From the NCBI GenBank assembly GCA_023229825.1, contig JALNYN010000006.1, positions 255-64,254 on the forward strand: a DNA stretch of 64,000 bases, in the 5' to 3' direction. Made by a program: the position numbers and the translations under genes. The stretch's first letter is position 1. Each line of letters begins with the position of its first letter. The stretch comes from Minisyncoccota bacterium. Its GTDB lineage: Bacteria; Patescibacteriota; Minisyncoccia; Phycocordibacterales; CAIJYI01. Below the pieces are notes generated by a model. The model was not told the origin of the DNA and did not search any database. It saw only the letters and a list, made by a program, of their open reading frames with translations. Below, piece after piece: positions 9,354 through 19,163 of this stretch.

Positions 9354-10043
9354 CTATTCAATTTTGTAACCAAAACCGGCCATGGTGTGAATGGCATCGC
9401 TTTTTTTGCATCGCGAAAGTTTCCTTCGCAATGACGCGATGTGGACTTCTACGGTGTTGGTAAACGGATCGGCATTTACATCCCAGACATGTTCCAAGAT
9501 CGCAGTTCTTGAAACAAACTGCCCGCGATTCCGCAGTAAAAATTCAAGCAGAACGGACTCTTTAAGAGTCAGTAATATCTTCTTCCTTCCGCACTTCACT
9601 GTTCGACCGCCCGTGTCGCAGAGCATATCACCGAGCTCAAAAACAGACGGCTCGATCCTGGTGGGACGGCGCAAGATCGCTTTTATACGAGCCAAAAGTT
9701 CTGCAAAAGAAAACGGTTTCGTCATATAATCATCAGCCCCGGCCCGCAGGAGATCGACCTTGGTATCTATTTCTGAACGGACCGACAACATGAGTATGGG
9801 TACATCCCTCCCCTTTGCTCGGAGTTCGACGCATATTTCTCGTCCGCTTTTGTGAGGCAGGTTGTTGTCCAAAATGAGAAGATCATAATCATTGGACAGG
9901 GCCTTCCATATCCCTATTTTTCCATCATCCGAGATATCCACGGAAAAACCTTCATCCGACAGAGATGTTTGTAAAAAATCCAGTATACTCTTGTCGTCCT
10001 CCACTATTAATATATTCATGGGAAACCGGATATATGACAGCAC
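9354..10043 (-). CDS. OmpR/PhoB-family response regulator (receiver + winged-helix)
   Basis: 229 aa; MNILIVEDD...LILDNNLPHKSG...LMLSVRSE receiver motifs and C-terminal winged-helix (VWDVNADPFTNTVEVHIASLRRKL); likely true start at the internal MNILIVEDD (~10019). Confidence 0.9.
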   Translation of the reverse strand: MLSYIRFPMNILIVEDDKSILDFLQTSLSDEGFSVDISDDGKIGIWKALSNDYDLLILDNNLPHKSGREICVELRAKGRDVPILMLSVRSEIDTKVDLLRAGADDYMTKPFSFAELLARIKAILRRPTRIEPSVFELGDMLCDTGGRTVKCGRKKILLTLKESVLLEFLLRNRGQFVSRTAILEHVWDVNADPFTNTVEVHIASLRRKLSRCKKSDAIHTMAGFGYKIE

Positions 10044-10403
10044 TTTATGGTAATTCTAGAATAGCATAAATGGCGCAATAATGCATGGGTGGCAAGAAAA
10101 ACGGCTTTATCGCCGGACCCGCGAGCCCTTGTGTTTTGGTTCTATTTTGTAATTTTTTTGCAGATAAAGCAGATCGTCCGTGAGTCCAAGCAGCAGGCGT
10201 TCGCCATTTTTTTGTTGCGGCGTCATTTGACGAAAAAGATCCAAAACGGTCGCGAGCGTTTGGAAATAATCGTCGGACAGAACGTGGAATTCGAGGCTTT
10301 TGGCGCGGCGAAGATCGACATCGTTCGCAACGAAACGAACGTCATGCAGAAACGGAGATATTACAAAATCAGAGCAAGCGATACGATACATATCTGTTGT
10401 TTG

Positions 10404-11156
10404 CTAATCGCGATGAGACGCGATGCTTCCGAAACCGGTTTTGGTAATAACGAGATGATCAAGCAGATCGATCCCGAGAATTTTTCCCGCACTACAGAGC
10501 TGTTTGGTGATAGCCCGATCTTCCTTGGTGGGCGTTTTGTCGCCGGAGGGATGATTGTGTGCGATAATGACCGCCACGGCATGATGTTCCACCGCCGGAC
10601 GAAACACCTCTCTCGGATGAACGATATTGGCGGTCAAACTGCCGATCGATATGGTTTCTTCGTGAATGACGCGATAGCGGCTGTTGAGATAAATGCCGCG
10701 AAGGTGTTCTTTTTGCAGTTCTCCCATGTCTTTCAGATATTCGTAAGCTTGTTTGGAGGTTCTTATGATGGCCGTTTTTCCGTTGGCTTGTTTGAAAAAT
10801 CTTCGTCCAAGTTCCAACGATGCGATGATCTGGCACGCTTTCGACGCCGGAATGTTCATTTCCCTTTCCAATTTTCTTGGATCGGTATGGTTGACGATGG
10901 CGTTCTTTCCATACTCTTCAAACAACCGCGACGCCATGGACATTACTTCTTCTTTTTTTGTTCCAACGCCGAGGATCACCGCCATAAGTTCCACTTCCGA
11001 AAGAACGGACGGTCCGCTCTGCATCATCTTTTCGCGAGGCTTCGCTTCCGAAGGAAGGTCTTTTACGCGAAGTACGTATTCTTTAGCATCCGAGTCGAGA
11101 AAAAGATCATTGTCCCGAAGGACGTATGGTGAAGCGAGCAAAGTTTTCATAAACAC
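10404..11156 (-). CDS. radC: RadC-family (JAMM/MPN) protein
   Basis: 250 aa; helix-hairpin-helix N-terminus (SEVELMAVILGVG), LELGRR, JAMM motif IIAHNHPSGDKTPTKED. Confidence 0.85.
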   Translation of the reverse strand: MFMKTLLASPYVLRDNDLFLDSDAKEYVLRVKDLPSEAKPREKMMQSGPSVLSEVELMAVILGVGTKKEEVMSMASRLFEEYGKNAIVNHTDPRKLEREMNIPASKACQIIASLELGRRFFKQANGKTAIIRTSKQAYEYLKDMGELQKEHLRGIYLNSRYRVIHEETISIGSLTANIVHPREVFRPAVEHHAVAVIIAHNHPSGDKTPTKEDRAITKQLCSAGKILGIDLLDHLVITKTGFGSIASHRD

Positions 11157-11337
11157 ATTGTATCAAGCAAGCGAAACTTGTCAAAAATTATGCCGGTGGA
11201 GAACAACGGCAACGTAGATCCCGGATCGTTGCCCGGGATGACGAACTATTATCCTGTTTCAATTTTATAGTCTCCGTCGGTTGGATTAAACCTCCACCTC
11301 AGGCGGTGGTTTCAGCATTACATAACTCTGTCACCCC

Positions 11338-11420
11338 GTCGTCATACCGGACAGGGATCCGGTATCCACGTCGTCGTGCGGGTAAACGTGGATTCCGGCT
11401 CGCTGGCCGGAATGACGAAT
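11338..11420. repeat. palindromic intergenic repeat unit, family R1 (GTCATTCCGG...CGTGGATTCCGG...CCGGAATGAC)
   Basis: tcgtcataccggacagggatccggtatccacgtcgtcgtgcgggtaaacgtggattccggctcgctggccggaatgacgaa; a partial unit lies at 11215-11246. Confidence 0.8.
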
Positions 11421-11451
11421 CGGTGTATATTTGTTTTTCGGATCTGACAAC

Positions 11452-12711
11452 TCATTGTGTACTCTTCAGTGCACAGTGGATGAATTTCTCTAAATTAATT
11501 TCAGACTGTTCCTTCTGTGGCGAGCTTCCCGTACCCATAAAAAACCACATAAAAACAGCGAGAGCGGCTGATGCCGTGAGTGCAGCAAAAGCAAAAGCGT
11601 AAGCGGGATCAAAGACCCATAATGCACCGGCGATCACCGAGGCGGGAAGATACATTAAACCGGTGACAAAATTGTACATTCCGATGGCTGTGGCCCGGCG
11701 GTCTTTTTCCATGTCGGAAATAAACGCCTTGCTCTGCGCTTCATCAATACTGTAAAAAATACCGAACAGCAAAAAGAGAACGATCACTTGCCATTTCTCC
11801 GAAGCAAAAACGAAGCCGAGAGACATGCTGATATACGCGAGATACCCGATCATTATGATATACTTTCGCCCGATCACATCGCCGAGCTTGCCGACTGGCG
11901 CCGATACCAGCACGAAAGAAATATTGAAAAGCGCGTAAAGAAGAACGACATCTTTAATGGTAAAGCCGATATCATACGCCTTCAAAAGAAGAAATCCAAA
12001 ACTGAAATACGCCAGAGAAAAAATACTCGCGGGAATAAGATACGTTTTAAATTTTTCACCCAAAGCCCCCCATGCTTTTCCAATGTCTTCTCTTTCGTGC
12101 GGAATTCCCGGACGATCTTTGGTCAGAGAAAGAACAAGAACGGAAAGTGCCGCCGCGATTATGGCAAAGATAAAAATAGTGCGGAACGTACCCGTGCTTG
12201 TTCCGAAACGAGCAAGTAAAAAATAGGCAATGAGCGGACCAACGACCGCACCCGATTTGTCCATCGCTTTGTGCACGCCAAAAGCATATCCCCTATTCCT
12301 TTCTTCCGCGACATCCGCAAGCCATGCATCCCGGGGAGGACCGCGAAAACTTTTTCCCAAACGTTCAATGATGCGGAACGAGGCGAGCAGAGCAACGGAA
12401 CTCCCGATCAAAAGCATTACTTTCGACAGCGTTGAAAAACCGTAACCGGCGAGAGTAAGCCGTTTCCTTTTTCCGGACCGATCCGATAGCCATCCGGAAA
12501 GGTAATCCAATGAAGACGCACAAAAGTCTGAAACGCCTTCTATCATGCCAAGGATCCCGGCTGAAGCGCCGACGACCACCGTAAAAAATATGGAAAATAC
12601 GGAAAAGATCGCCTCGGAACTGACATCCGTCAAAAAACTGACCAACCCGAGCCGAAGCACATCCGGATGCACATCTAAAAATCTTTTTTTCATAGTATTA
12701 TTCTTTTTCAA
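11452..12711 (-). CDS. MFS transporter
   Basis: 419 aa, 12 predicted TM helices, MFS signature-like LSDRSGKRKRL after TM2. Confidence 0.85.
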   Translation of the reverse strand: MKKNNTMKKRFLDVHPDVLRLGLVSFLTDVSSEAIFSVFSIFFTVVVGASAGILGMIEGVSDFCASSLDYLSGWLSDRSGKRKRLTLAGYGFSTLSKVMLLIGSSVALLASFRIIERLGKSFRGPPRDAWLADVAEERNRGYAFGVHKAMDKSGAVVGPLIAYFLLARFGTSTGTFRTIFIFAIIAAALSVLVLSLTKDRPGIPHEREDIGKAWGALGEKFKTYLIPASIFSLAYFSFGFLLLKAYDIGFTIKDVVLLYALFNISFVLVSAPVGKLGDVIGRKYIIMIGYLAYISMSLGFVFASEKWQVIVLFLLFGIFYSIDEAQSKAFISDMEKDRRATAIGMYNFVTGLMYLPASVIAGALWVFDPAYAFAFAALTASAALAVFMWFFMGTGSSPQKEQSEINLEKFIHCALKSTQ

Positions 12712-14458
12712 TTTTCTTTTCTCTGAATTCTTTTCTGCTCAACCCTTCTATCGTGTCAGGAAGCGCAGTTCCAAGTTTTGATGAGTATTCTTTTGCAACG
12801 GCAAGCAACAGGTCTGAACTTTTATCCGGAGAATCCTCCACGCTTCTCATTAATGACCACGCTCCTCCGGCGACCTCCACCCGAGCATCCCCGCGATCGT
12901 TGGCTTCTCTGACAATACGCCGAGAATCCGCATCGGAGGGCGAATACCACCCGCCCTCAATAAAAACAAACCCGTCTTTCGTTTTATAATTTTTCACGCA
13001 CAATCCGGAAAGCTTTCCCGCCATTTTAACTAAAATCGAATCGTTCACCAAAACGACCGCGTCGTTCGCAAGCGATTCGACGAGCAGCGGCTCCGCTTCG
13101 GGGCAAAGATACCATCCGGTATGTCCCGGCTTGATCGTTTGTTCAAAAGAAGAAACAACGGGTCGAAGCGCAACCCTCGTTTCCGGAGGTAATTCTGAAA
13201 AAGGGATCATGGACAAAAGCATCCCGATATGGAAACGATGCTTTTCGATATTTTTTACCGCAATGCCGATAAGCTCCGAAACGATCGGAAGATGCACGGT
13301 TTGCGAAACATCTATCGGGCGCAGCGGGGCGAGTTTCTCACTGATAGCCGTCGATGATCGAAAGAGCTGTTTCAAAATTTTGGCGTGCCATGGCTCCATT
13401 TCTGTTCGCAGTCGTTCAAGAAATTTTTCGCGATCACCCTCGGGGATATCCAAAAGCAGGTCCCCGAGAAAATCTAAATTCCCGAACAAGCGTTCTTTCT
13501 CGTTATCGGAAATGATCTCCATCCGTTCGTCTCCTTTTTCTGAAATGGAAATTTCCCTCGTTTCCTCGATAAGTTTTTCGGCTGTTTTTTCAAACTCGGG
13601 ATGTGCTGACAAAAAAATGGTCAGTCCTTTTTTTAGCAAAACACCTTGTCCTCGCGCGAGGATCTCGGGAAGCAGATGCTCTATCGTGACCAGAAGATCG
13701 GACACGGATGACACCTCCTTTTCCAAAAGTGAAGAATTTTCTTCCGCCTCTCTCCCCGCTTTCGCGCGGTCGATCGACCCGGAAAGCGCGGCAAACATGT
13801 CATCGATAAAAAACGTTCCCCTCCACGAGCGGTCGGAAGACAAGGCATCGGACATCATTCTCGAAACCGATTCAACATCATCCGAAAAGGACATGATCTC
13901 GATCTCTTTCGGTCCGAATTTTTTTCCCAAAAAACATTCTCTGAGGATCGACGGAATAACTTCGGTAAGTTCCGAATGCTCGCGGAACACATTGCAAAGG
14001 CCCGTTGACAGAGACGCTTGGTCAAAGGAGTCGGGTCTCTGATATGACCTGATAAACCTCGGGAGGATATCCGCAAAAAACCTCGCCTCCTCGTCTGTCG
14101 GACGGACTCTTGATAGCGCGTTCTTTAATAAAATGAAAAAGTTGTTCGCATATTTGACTGAGACCTCCTCGTTTTCATTTTTTGAAAAGGCATCCAGATA
14201 TTCAAGAAATGAAGAAAAGGAGAGATCGTATGATGCATTTTGAAACGCCAAATACAGTTCATGAAATTCTTCGCCTGACGCCGTTTCGAGTGCGGCGGCT
14301 GAGATACCCGCCGATTCGGTTTTTTTTGCTCCGCTGAGCCCGCTCAATGCCAGCGAAGGATCGGACTCGGCCTGTCCTCGGAGCGCGGCGATCCTTCTCT
14401 CTATCTTCCCTTCCAACCGTCGGCGGATCTCATCTAGATCTTGATTAATTTCCTCCAT
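12698..14458 (-). CDS. hypothetical protein (coiled-coil / alpha-helical)
   Basis: 586-aa ORF overlapping the MFS start by 14 bp; no recognisable motif. Confidence 0.55.
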   Translation of the reverse strand: MEEINQDLDEIRRRLEGKIERRIAALRGQAESDPSLALSGLSGAKKTESAGISAAALETASGEEFHELYLAFQNASYDLSFSSFLEYLDAFSKNENEEVSVKYANNFFILLKNALSRVRPTDEEARFFADILPRFIRSYQRPDSFDQASLSTGLCNVFREHSELTEVIPSILRECFLGKKFGPKEIEIMSFSDDVESVSRMMSDALSSDRSWRGTFFIDDMFAALSGSIDRAKAGREAEENSSLLEKEVSSVSDLLVTIEHLLPEILARGQGVLLKKGLTIFLSAHPEFEKTAEKLIEETREISISEKGDERMEIISDNEKERLFGNLDFLGDLLLDIPEGDREKFLERLRTEMEPWHAKILKQLFRSSTAISEKLAPLRPIDVSQTVHLPIVSELIGIAVKNIEKHRFHIGMLLSMIPFSELPPETRVALRPVVSSFEQTIKPGHTGWYLCPEAEPLLVESLANDAVVLVNDSILVKMAGKLSGLCVKNYKTKDGFVFIEGGWYSPSDADSRRIVREANDRGDARVEVAGGAWSLMRSVEDSPDKSSDLLLAVAKEYSSKLGTALPDTIEGLSRKEFREKKIEKE

Positions 14459-14464
14459 AAAGTT

Positions 14465-14716
14465 TCAGTTATTCTCAGTTTTGCAAAGAGCTTGTAAATC
14501 CAGACGAAGAAGCGGATCGGAAAGAAATTCATATTTCCGCATAATTTTCTCGATCGCGTGAAAAACATCTTCTTCTTTCAAAGATAGATCAAGCAGAAAT
14601 TCAACATCACCCGCGATATCGGAAACCGACTTCTCATCAAGTTCTTTATTCTCCAGTTTATCCAAAAGTGAAAGTGACACCGCTTTTTTCACCGCATTGG
14701 TAAGTGGCGTGTTCAT
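14465..14716 (-). CDS. small hypothetical protein
   Basis: 83-aa ORF immediately upstream of and co-oriented with the 586-aa gene. Confidence 0.4.
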   Translation of the reverse strand: MNTPLTNAVKKAVSLSLLDKLENKELDEKSVSDIAGDVEFLLDLSLKEEDVFHAIEKIMRKYEFLSDPLLRLDLQALCKTENN

Positions 14717-14773
14717 ATCTGGATATTATAAGATACCGCGCAAAAAAAGACTACACCGAAGAAGTGAGCGGTC

Positions 14774-14845
14774 CGTCATTCCGGACCGGGATCCATGTCG
14801 GTAACGGTACAAGTGGATTCTGAATCCAGTTCAGGATGACGAAAA
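14774..14845. repeat. family R1 palindromic repeat unit
   Basis: cgtcattccggaccgggatccatgtcggtaacggtacaagtggattctgaatccagttcaggatgacgaaaaac. Confidence 0.8.
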
Positions 14846-14860
14846 ACAAAGCCAGAAATA

Positions 14861-15187
14861 TTAATCCACTATAACCACCGCTGTGCCATAACAGAGGACT
14901 TCCGTTACTCCTCCCATGATATCATTGGCATCATAACGTACGCCGATAATGGCGTTCGCGCCCTTGGTTTCGGCGTTTTTGATCATGAGGTCAAACGAAT
15001 CCTCTCTCGTCTTTTCGCATAAACTGGTAAACAAGGTGATGTTTCCTCCCACCAGAGTTTGGAGCGATCCGCCGATCGACCCGAAAATAGATCGGGAACG
15101 CACCGTAATACCGCGAACCAAACCGAGGTTCTTGGTAATCTTCTTTCCCGGGAGTTCAAAAGCCGTGGTGATATTTTCGTGGTTCAT
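14861..15187 (-). CDS. YbjQ/UPF0145-family protein
   Basis: 108 aa; [19 protein letters not shown]...[10 protein letters not shown] matches the YbjQ/DUF74 pentamer family. Confidence 0.8.
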   Translation of the reverse strand: MNHENITTAFELPGKKITKNLGLVRGITVRSRSIFGSIGGSLQTLVGGNITLFTSLCEKTREDSFDLMIKNAETKGANAIIGVRYDANDIMGGVTEVLCYGTAVVIVD

Positions 15188-15231
15188 GTTTTCAAAAATT
15201 ATGTTTTAATATATAAATAATAGGACTCTTT

Positions 15232-15343
15232 CTGTCATCCCGGACCGCGCCGTGCCATGCGTAGCCTTGGCGAAGGATGGATCTCGGGATCCACGTCGTT
15301 AACGGTACATGTGGATTCTGAATCCAGTTCAGAATGACGGTAA
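15232..15343. repeat. family R1 repeat unit carrying an inserted hairpin module (loop TTCGCCAAGGCTACG, family R6)
   Basis: ctgtcatcccggaccgcgccgtgccatgcgtagccttggcgaaggatggatctcgggatccacgtcgttaacggtacatgtggattctgaatccagttcagaatgacgg. Confidence 0.8.
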
Positions 15344-15347
15344 TAGT

Positions 15348-16088
15348 TTAAGCTCCGCTTTTTTCCGCGTGCTCGTTCCATTTCTCTCTTTGCGTTTCGA
15401 TATCGCCGGGCATAAAACTTTCGGAACTGGCATTGCCGGTTTTTGGGCGGGAAATATACAGGCGGCGCTCTTTGGTATCGAGAAGGACAAGCTCGGTATT
15501 GTGACTGAGACTGTCGGTGGGAAGTTTCGGTCCGGTAATAACAACAGGGTCAAAACCGAAAACATTTGAAACTTCGTTTTTCAAGAGATCGATCGAATCG
15601 ACATACCGATTTTCATATCGTGCAAATCCGCTGTTGTACTCACCGCCGACGATAACGATGTCGACAGAACCCGGAACACAACCTTCTTTGAGATCCTCCA
15701 ACCGCGTATGCAGATCGGAAATGAATTTTTTATGCAATGCTTCCCCCGGCAAAACAAGACCCGGAAATTGGTGGCTCAGGAAAGAAATATTTTCATCGGT
15801 CCATTTATCTTTTCCCACACCGGCTACCCCGGTACACATAATATACCCTTCGGAAACTTTATTGTCAGTGCTTAATGGAGAAATGGAAAAGCTGTCTTTA
15901 TAGTCCACGTTTTTGACTTCCCAACTCTTCTCCGCTTCTGATATCATTTGTTTAATGTCGGCGGACCGCATCGACGTCTCATCATCATATCCTTCCACAC
16001 AAGCCATGATCGGGCGCTCGCCGTTTGTGAGGTGTTCCGAATGAATCGTGCTTATTTCTTTCTGCGGCTCTGGTTCCATGCTGTTCAT
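15348..16088 (-). CDS. hypothetical protein
   Basis: 246-aa ORF, no recognisable motif. Confidence 0.5.
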   Translation of the reverse strand: MNSMEPEPQKEISTIHSEHLTNGERPIMACVEGYDDETSMRSADIKQMISEAEKSWEVKNVDYKDSFSISPLSTDNKVSEGYIMCTGVAGVGKDKWTDENISFLSHQFPGLVLPGEALHKKFISDLHTRLEDLKEGCVPGSVDIVIVGGEYNSGFARYENRYVDSIDLLKNEVSNVFGFDPVVITGPKLPTDSLSHNTELVLLDTKERRLYISRPKTGNASSESFMPGDIETQREKWNEHAEKSGA

Positions 16089-16141
16089 TATACTATGTTC
16101 GAAGAAATACTGAAATTGACCAAATATCTCATACGATTATT

Positions 16142-17074
16142 TTACATCGGCTTTGGATCGGCATTTTCGCCAGAATAGGCTTTTTCCAGAGTTTCGATAT
16201 CGAATTTTTTCATTTCTAAGAATGCTTTGGTCACGCGCTCAACTTGATCGGGGGTACCTTCGCGCATCATCTCGCCCAAGCGGTTCGGAGAGATCTGCCA
16301 TGAGACGCCATAAACATCTTTCAACCATCCGCACTGCTCAGCTTTCGGATCGGCTGATAATTTTTTCCAGTAGCGATCGATCTCGTCCTGACTATCGCAA
16401 TTGACCATGAGAGAAACTGCCTCATTGAAACCGAAGCCGTGCGGAAGCGCGCTATCCATTGCAGTGAACCACTGCCCTTCCAGCATAAAATCGGTGAACA
16501 TGACCGTCCCTTCCGCTTCAGGTTCAGATCCTGCGGGGTACGTCGCGAGAGTGCCGCGTTTTGTGTTCTCGAAAACCGAAAGATAAAAATCGGTCGCTTC
16601 CTTCGCTTTTCCGCTTACATCGCCGGTGAACATGAGCGAGGGAATAATAGGCGGACGTTCTTCCCCTGCTGGATCAGTGAGAATGAGCTGCCAGGAAAGC
16701 CCATATTTATCTTCCGTCCATCCGTAGTGTTTGCTGAACGGATAAGCATCGAGCGGCATGAGGACCTTTCCGCCGTCCGAAAGTTTTTTCCATATTTCAT
16801 CAAGCTGAGACTTCGCATTCTTATCTCGCGACGGATCAAAATTCACCATAAAAGAGATCGACGGATTGAATTTAAAATACGGTCCGGCGCTGATCGACAT
16901 GAAAGAATAGCCCATAATTTCGAAATTCACGACCTCAGCATCACCGGACGGAGTATCGTGGAGCACCGATGTGTGCGTGATCTTTGAATTCGGAAATATC
17001 GAAGTATAAAATTGTGCAGCCTCCTTCGCCTCTTTATCGTACCAAAGATGCGGTATTATTTTTTGATTTTTCAT
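16142..17074 (-). CDS. VOC-superfamily protein, tandem PhnB-like / 3-demethylubiquinone-9 3-methyltransferase-like domains
   Basis: 310 aa; N-terminal IIPHLWYDKEAKEAAQFYTSIF is characteristic of PhnB/COG2764-type glyoxalase-fold proteins; second half repeats the pattern (ATDFYLSVFENT...YGVSWQI). Confidence 0.7.
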   Translation of the reverse strand: MKNQKIIPHLWYDKEAKEAAQFYTSIFPNSKITHTSVLHDTPSGDAEVVNFEIMGYSFMSISAGPYFKFNPSISFMVNFDPSRDKNAKSQLDEIWKKLSDGGKVLMPLDAYPFSKHYGWTEDKYGLSWQLILTDPAGEERPPIIPSLMFTGDVSGKAKEATDFYLSVFENTKRGTLATYPAGSEPEAEGTVMFTDFMLEGQWFTAMDSALPHGFGFNEAVSLMVNCDSQDEIDRYWKKLSADPKAEQCGWLKDVYGVSWQISPNRLGEMMREGTPDQVERVTKAFLEMKKFDIETLEKAYSGENADPKPM

Positions 17075-17249
17075 AGCGCTTGATTATATCTCCCTTGAAT
17101 TAAGTTTTTATAAAGACGCAGATCTTTCTCACTCCGTCCGCCAGCTGGCGGATTGATCCGGAGTCGGCACGCCGAAACACGAGACAAGGCGCTCGGCTTT
17201 TTGCGAGCGGAATCTATCCCGAATTCCACGATCAATTGAAAATTCGGAA

Positions 17250-18371
17250 CTACCGAATGTTACCAATGGAATTTTTCACTGTATCATGCTTCGTCTTGAG
17301 CACATTTGAAACATCTCCAAGGGCCTGTGATACATGGCCGGCGTTCAAAACTGTGGAATTATCGATCCCCCATTTTGATGGGTTGAAGACACCGGACAAT
17401 TCCGCCTTCAGTTCGCCGGATTTGAAAGTTTTTTTCACAAAAATATTCCACCACGGCAGGCGAACATTTATTGCTTCGCTACTGCTCGCCGTGAAATTGA
17501 GAGTAACGAACGACGACATGTTTACCGGAATGAAACCGAAGAGTTTTCCTTCTTCGACGGATTCGATCTGCAATGAATCTTTATTGATCTTAATCCCTTT
17601 TATCGCCGCGTCGTTGAGCGCTACAGCCTCAGCATAGATTTTTAAATCTTCTGACCGTTTCACCTTCTCAGGATGCGCGATTATCTCCTCTTTCTTCTCA
17701 GGGTCCCAGCCTCGGACGGTCACTTTCTTTTCTCGCTCTGGCTCAGAAAGAGATGCATCGCCGCGCAATTCACCAATATCATCTCCATCGATCTCAATGT
17801 TCAAAAGATCGAAATCAGGGTCGCCCACTATCTCACTCTCTTTATCAGTGAGAGAATCATCTCCAATATCCTTCCCGTCCGCGTCGACGGGGGTTCGGGG
17901 CGTTGCTTTCAAATCAAAATCGGGGTCGCCCGTCTGCGGCGTTGAGATCTTCACGGTCGGACCTTGAGCATCGACAGTGAAGGTCGCTTTTTGTTCAACT
18001 GCCTCGCTGCCATCTGCATCAATGACAATGAGTTCAAAAACATACGTGCCGGGGATTGCCGGTATAAATGTCGGCTTGAGTGCGGTCCTGTTTGAAAGCG
18101 AAGCGGTCGGACCGCTCACTTGCCGCCATTCAAATTTCCGGATCGCACCATCGTCTTGGCTTTTTGAACCGTCGAGGACAAAAGGTTTCCCAGCCACTCC
18201 GACTTCAGTCCCTACAGAGAGGCTACTTTTTATACTAACCGGAGAAGTTTTGACCGTCGCCGAACTTTGCTCCGTAATAGAAGAACGCGTCGAGACCCCC
18301 TCGGCAAAAACAAAAGAACCGAACAAGAAAGGTACCACACTTGCCACACACAAACTCAATATAGTTTTCAT
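17250..18371 (-). CDS. secreted PKD-domain protein with acidic GDPDFDL repeats
   Basis: 373 aa; signal peptide MKTILSLCVASVVPFLFGSFVFAEG; PKD-like FVLDGSKSQDDGAIRKFEWRQVSGP...GTYVFELIVIDADG; repeats VGDPDFDLLNIEIDGDDIGELRGD / TGDPDFDLKATPRTPVDADGKDIGDD. Confidence 0.7.
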   Translation of the reverse strand: MKTILSLCVASVVPFLFGSFVFAEGVSTRSSITEQSSATVKTSPVSIKSSLSVGTEVGVAGKPFVLDGSKSQDDGAIRKFEWRQVSGPTASLSNRTALKPTFIPAIPGTYVFELIVIDADGSEAVEQKATFTVDAQGPTVKISTPQTGDPDFDLKATPRTPVDADGKDIGDDSLTDKESEIVGDPDFDLLNIEIDGDDIGELRGDASLSEPEREKKVTVRGWDPEKKEEIIAHPEKVKRSEDLKIYAEAVALNDAAIKGIKINKDSLQIESVEEGKLFGFIPVNMSSFVTLNFTASSSEAINVRLPWWNIFVKKTFKSGELKAELSGVFNPSKWGIDNSTVLNAGHVSQALGDVSNVLKTKHDTVKNSIGNIR

Positions 18372-18464
18372 AAATTATTTATTACATTTTCAATTAATCT
18401 ACTATTGTATCACGAGTAGCGATTTTTTACACACAAAAGCACCGGGATTGACCCGGTTGCTTGC

Positions 18465-19091
18465 TTAGAATGACCCCGTTTTTACTTCTCCGCCGCGTTT
18501 ATAATTGGCGAAAATTACGCCGCTCGGGGAATGAGAGGATCCTTTTAAAATAAATGCGGCGGGGATCGCACCGTCAGCAAAGAGACGCTTTCCGGCACCG
18601 AGCGTGATCGGAAAAATTTTGAGCCACAGCTCGTCAACGAGATCGTTTTTGAGAAGTGTTTGAATTAAATTACCGCTGCCATGCACTTGAATCTCGGGAC
18701 CATTCTCTTGTTTTAATTTCTTGATCTCCTTTACCGCGTCGTCTTTGAGAACCACCGTTTTCTCCCAATCGGAATCAGACTCGGTCAGCGTGGTCGAAAC
18801 TACGTATTTTGTCGCGCGATTGATTCCCGTTCCTATGACCCCGTCATTATGCTCCGGCCAATATGGTTTCCAAATGCCGTAGGTTATTCTTCCAAGAAGC
18901 AAGTCGAAGGGATGTCCCATTTGTTCATCCATGATCTTACTTCCATACTCGTCGAAATATGGAAATGTCCATCCGCCATACTTGAAACCGCCCGAAGTAT
19001 CCTCTGTCGGTCCGCCCGGTGCCTGCATCACGCCGTCAAGCGTGATCATTGATAGTACGATGATCTTTCTCATAAAGTGACATATTCGCAA
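18465..19091 (-). CDS. dihydrofolate-reductase-like (RibD C-terminal domain) family protein
   Basis: 208 aa; MRKIIVLSMITLDGVMQAPGG...LLGRITYG...VHGSGNLIQTLL...DELWLKIFPITLGAGKRLF fits the RibD_C/YwjB family; true start probably the internal MRKIIV. Confidence 0.8.
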   Translation of the reverse strand: MRICHFMRKIIVLSMITLDGVMQAPGGPTEDTSGGFKYGGWTFPYFDEYGSKIMDEQMGHPFDLLLGRITYGIWKPYWPEHNDGVIGTGINRATKYVVSTTLTESDSDWEKTVVLKDDAVKEIKKLKQENGPEIQVHGSGNLIQTLLKNDLVDELWLKIFPITLGAGKRLFADGAIPAAFILKGSSHSPSGVIFANYKRGGEVKTGSF

Positions 19092-19163
19092 GCGATAATA
19101 AGTTTTTGATGAAATCGGATACGTTGCGACTTCTCGTAATGACGACTGTCCCCTTTGCCATAT

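Noticed and set aside
10089-11132. 347-aa plus-strand ORF
   Set aside because: It lies entirely antisense to the well-supported radC gene and the R1 repeat region. It has no motifs and its composition mirrors the opposite-strand codons, so it is likely spurious.
13131-14042. 303-aa Ser/Arg-rich plus-strand ORF
   Set aside because: It is antisense to the 586-aa minus-strand gene. Its low-complexity composition is typical of shadow ORFs.
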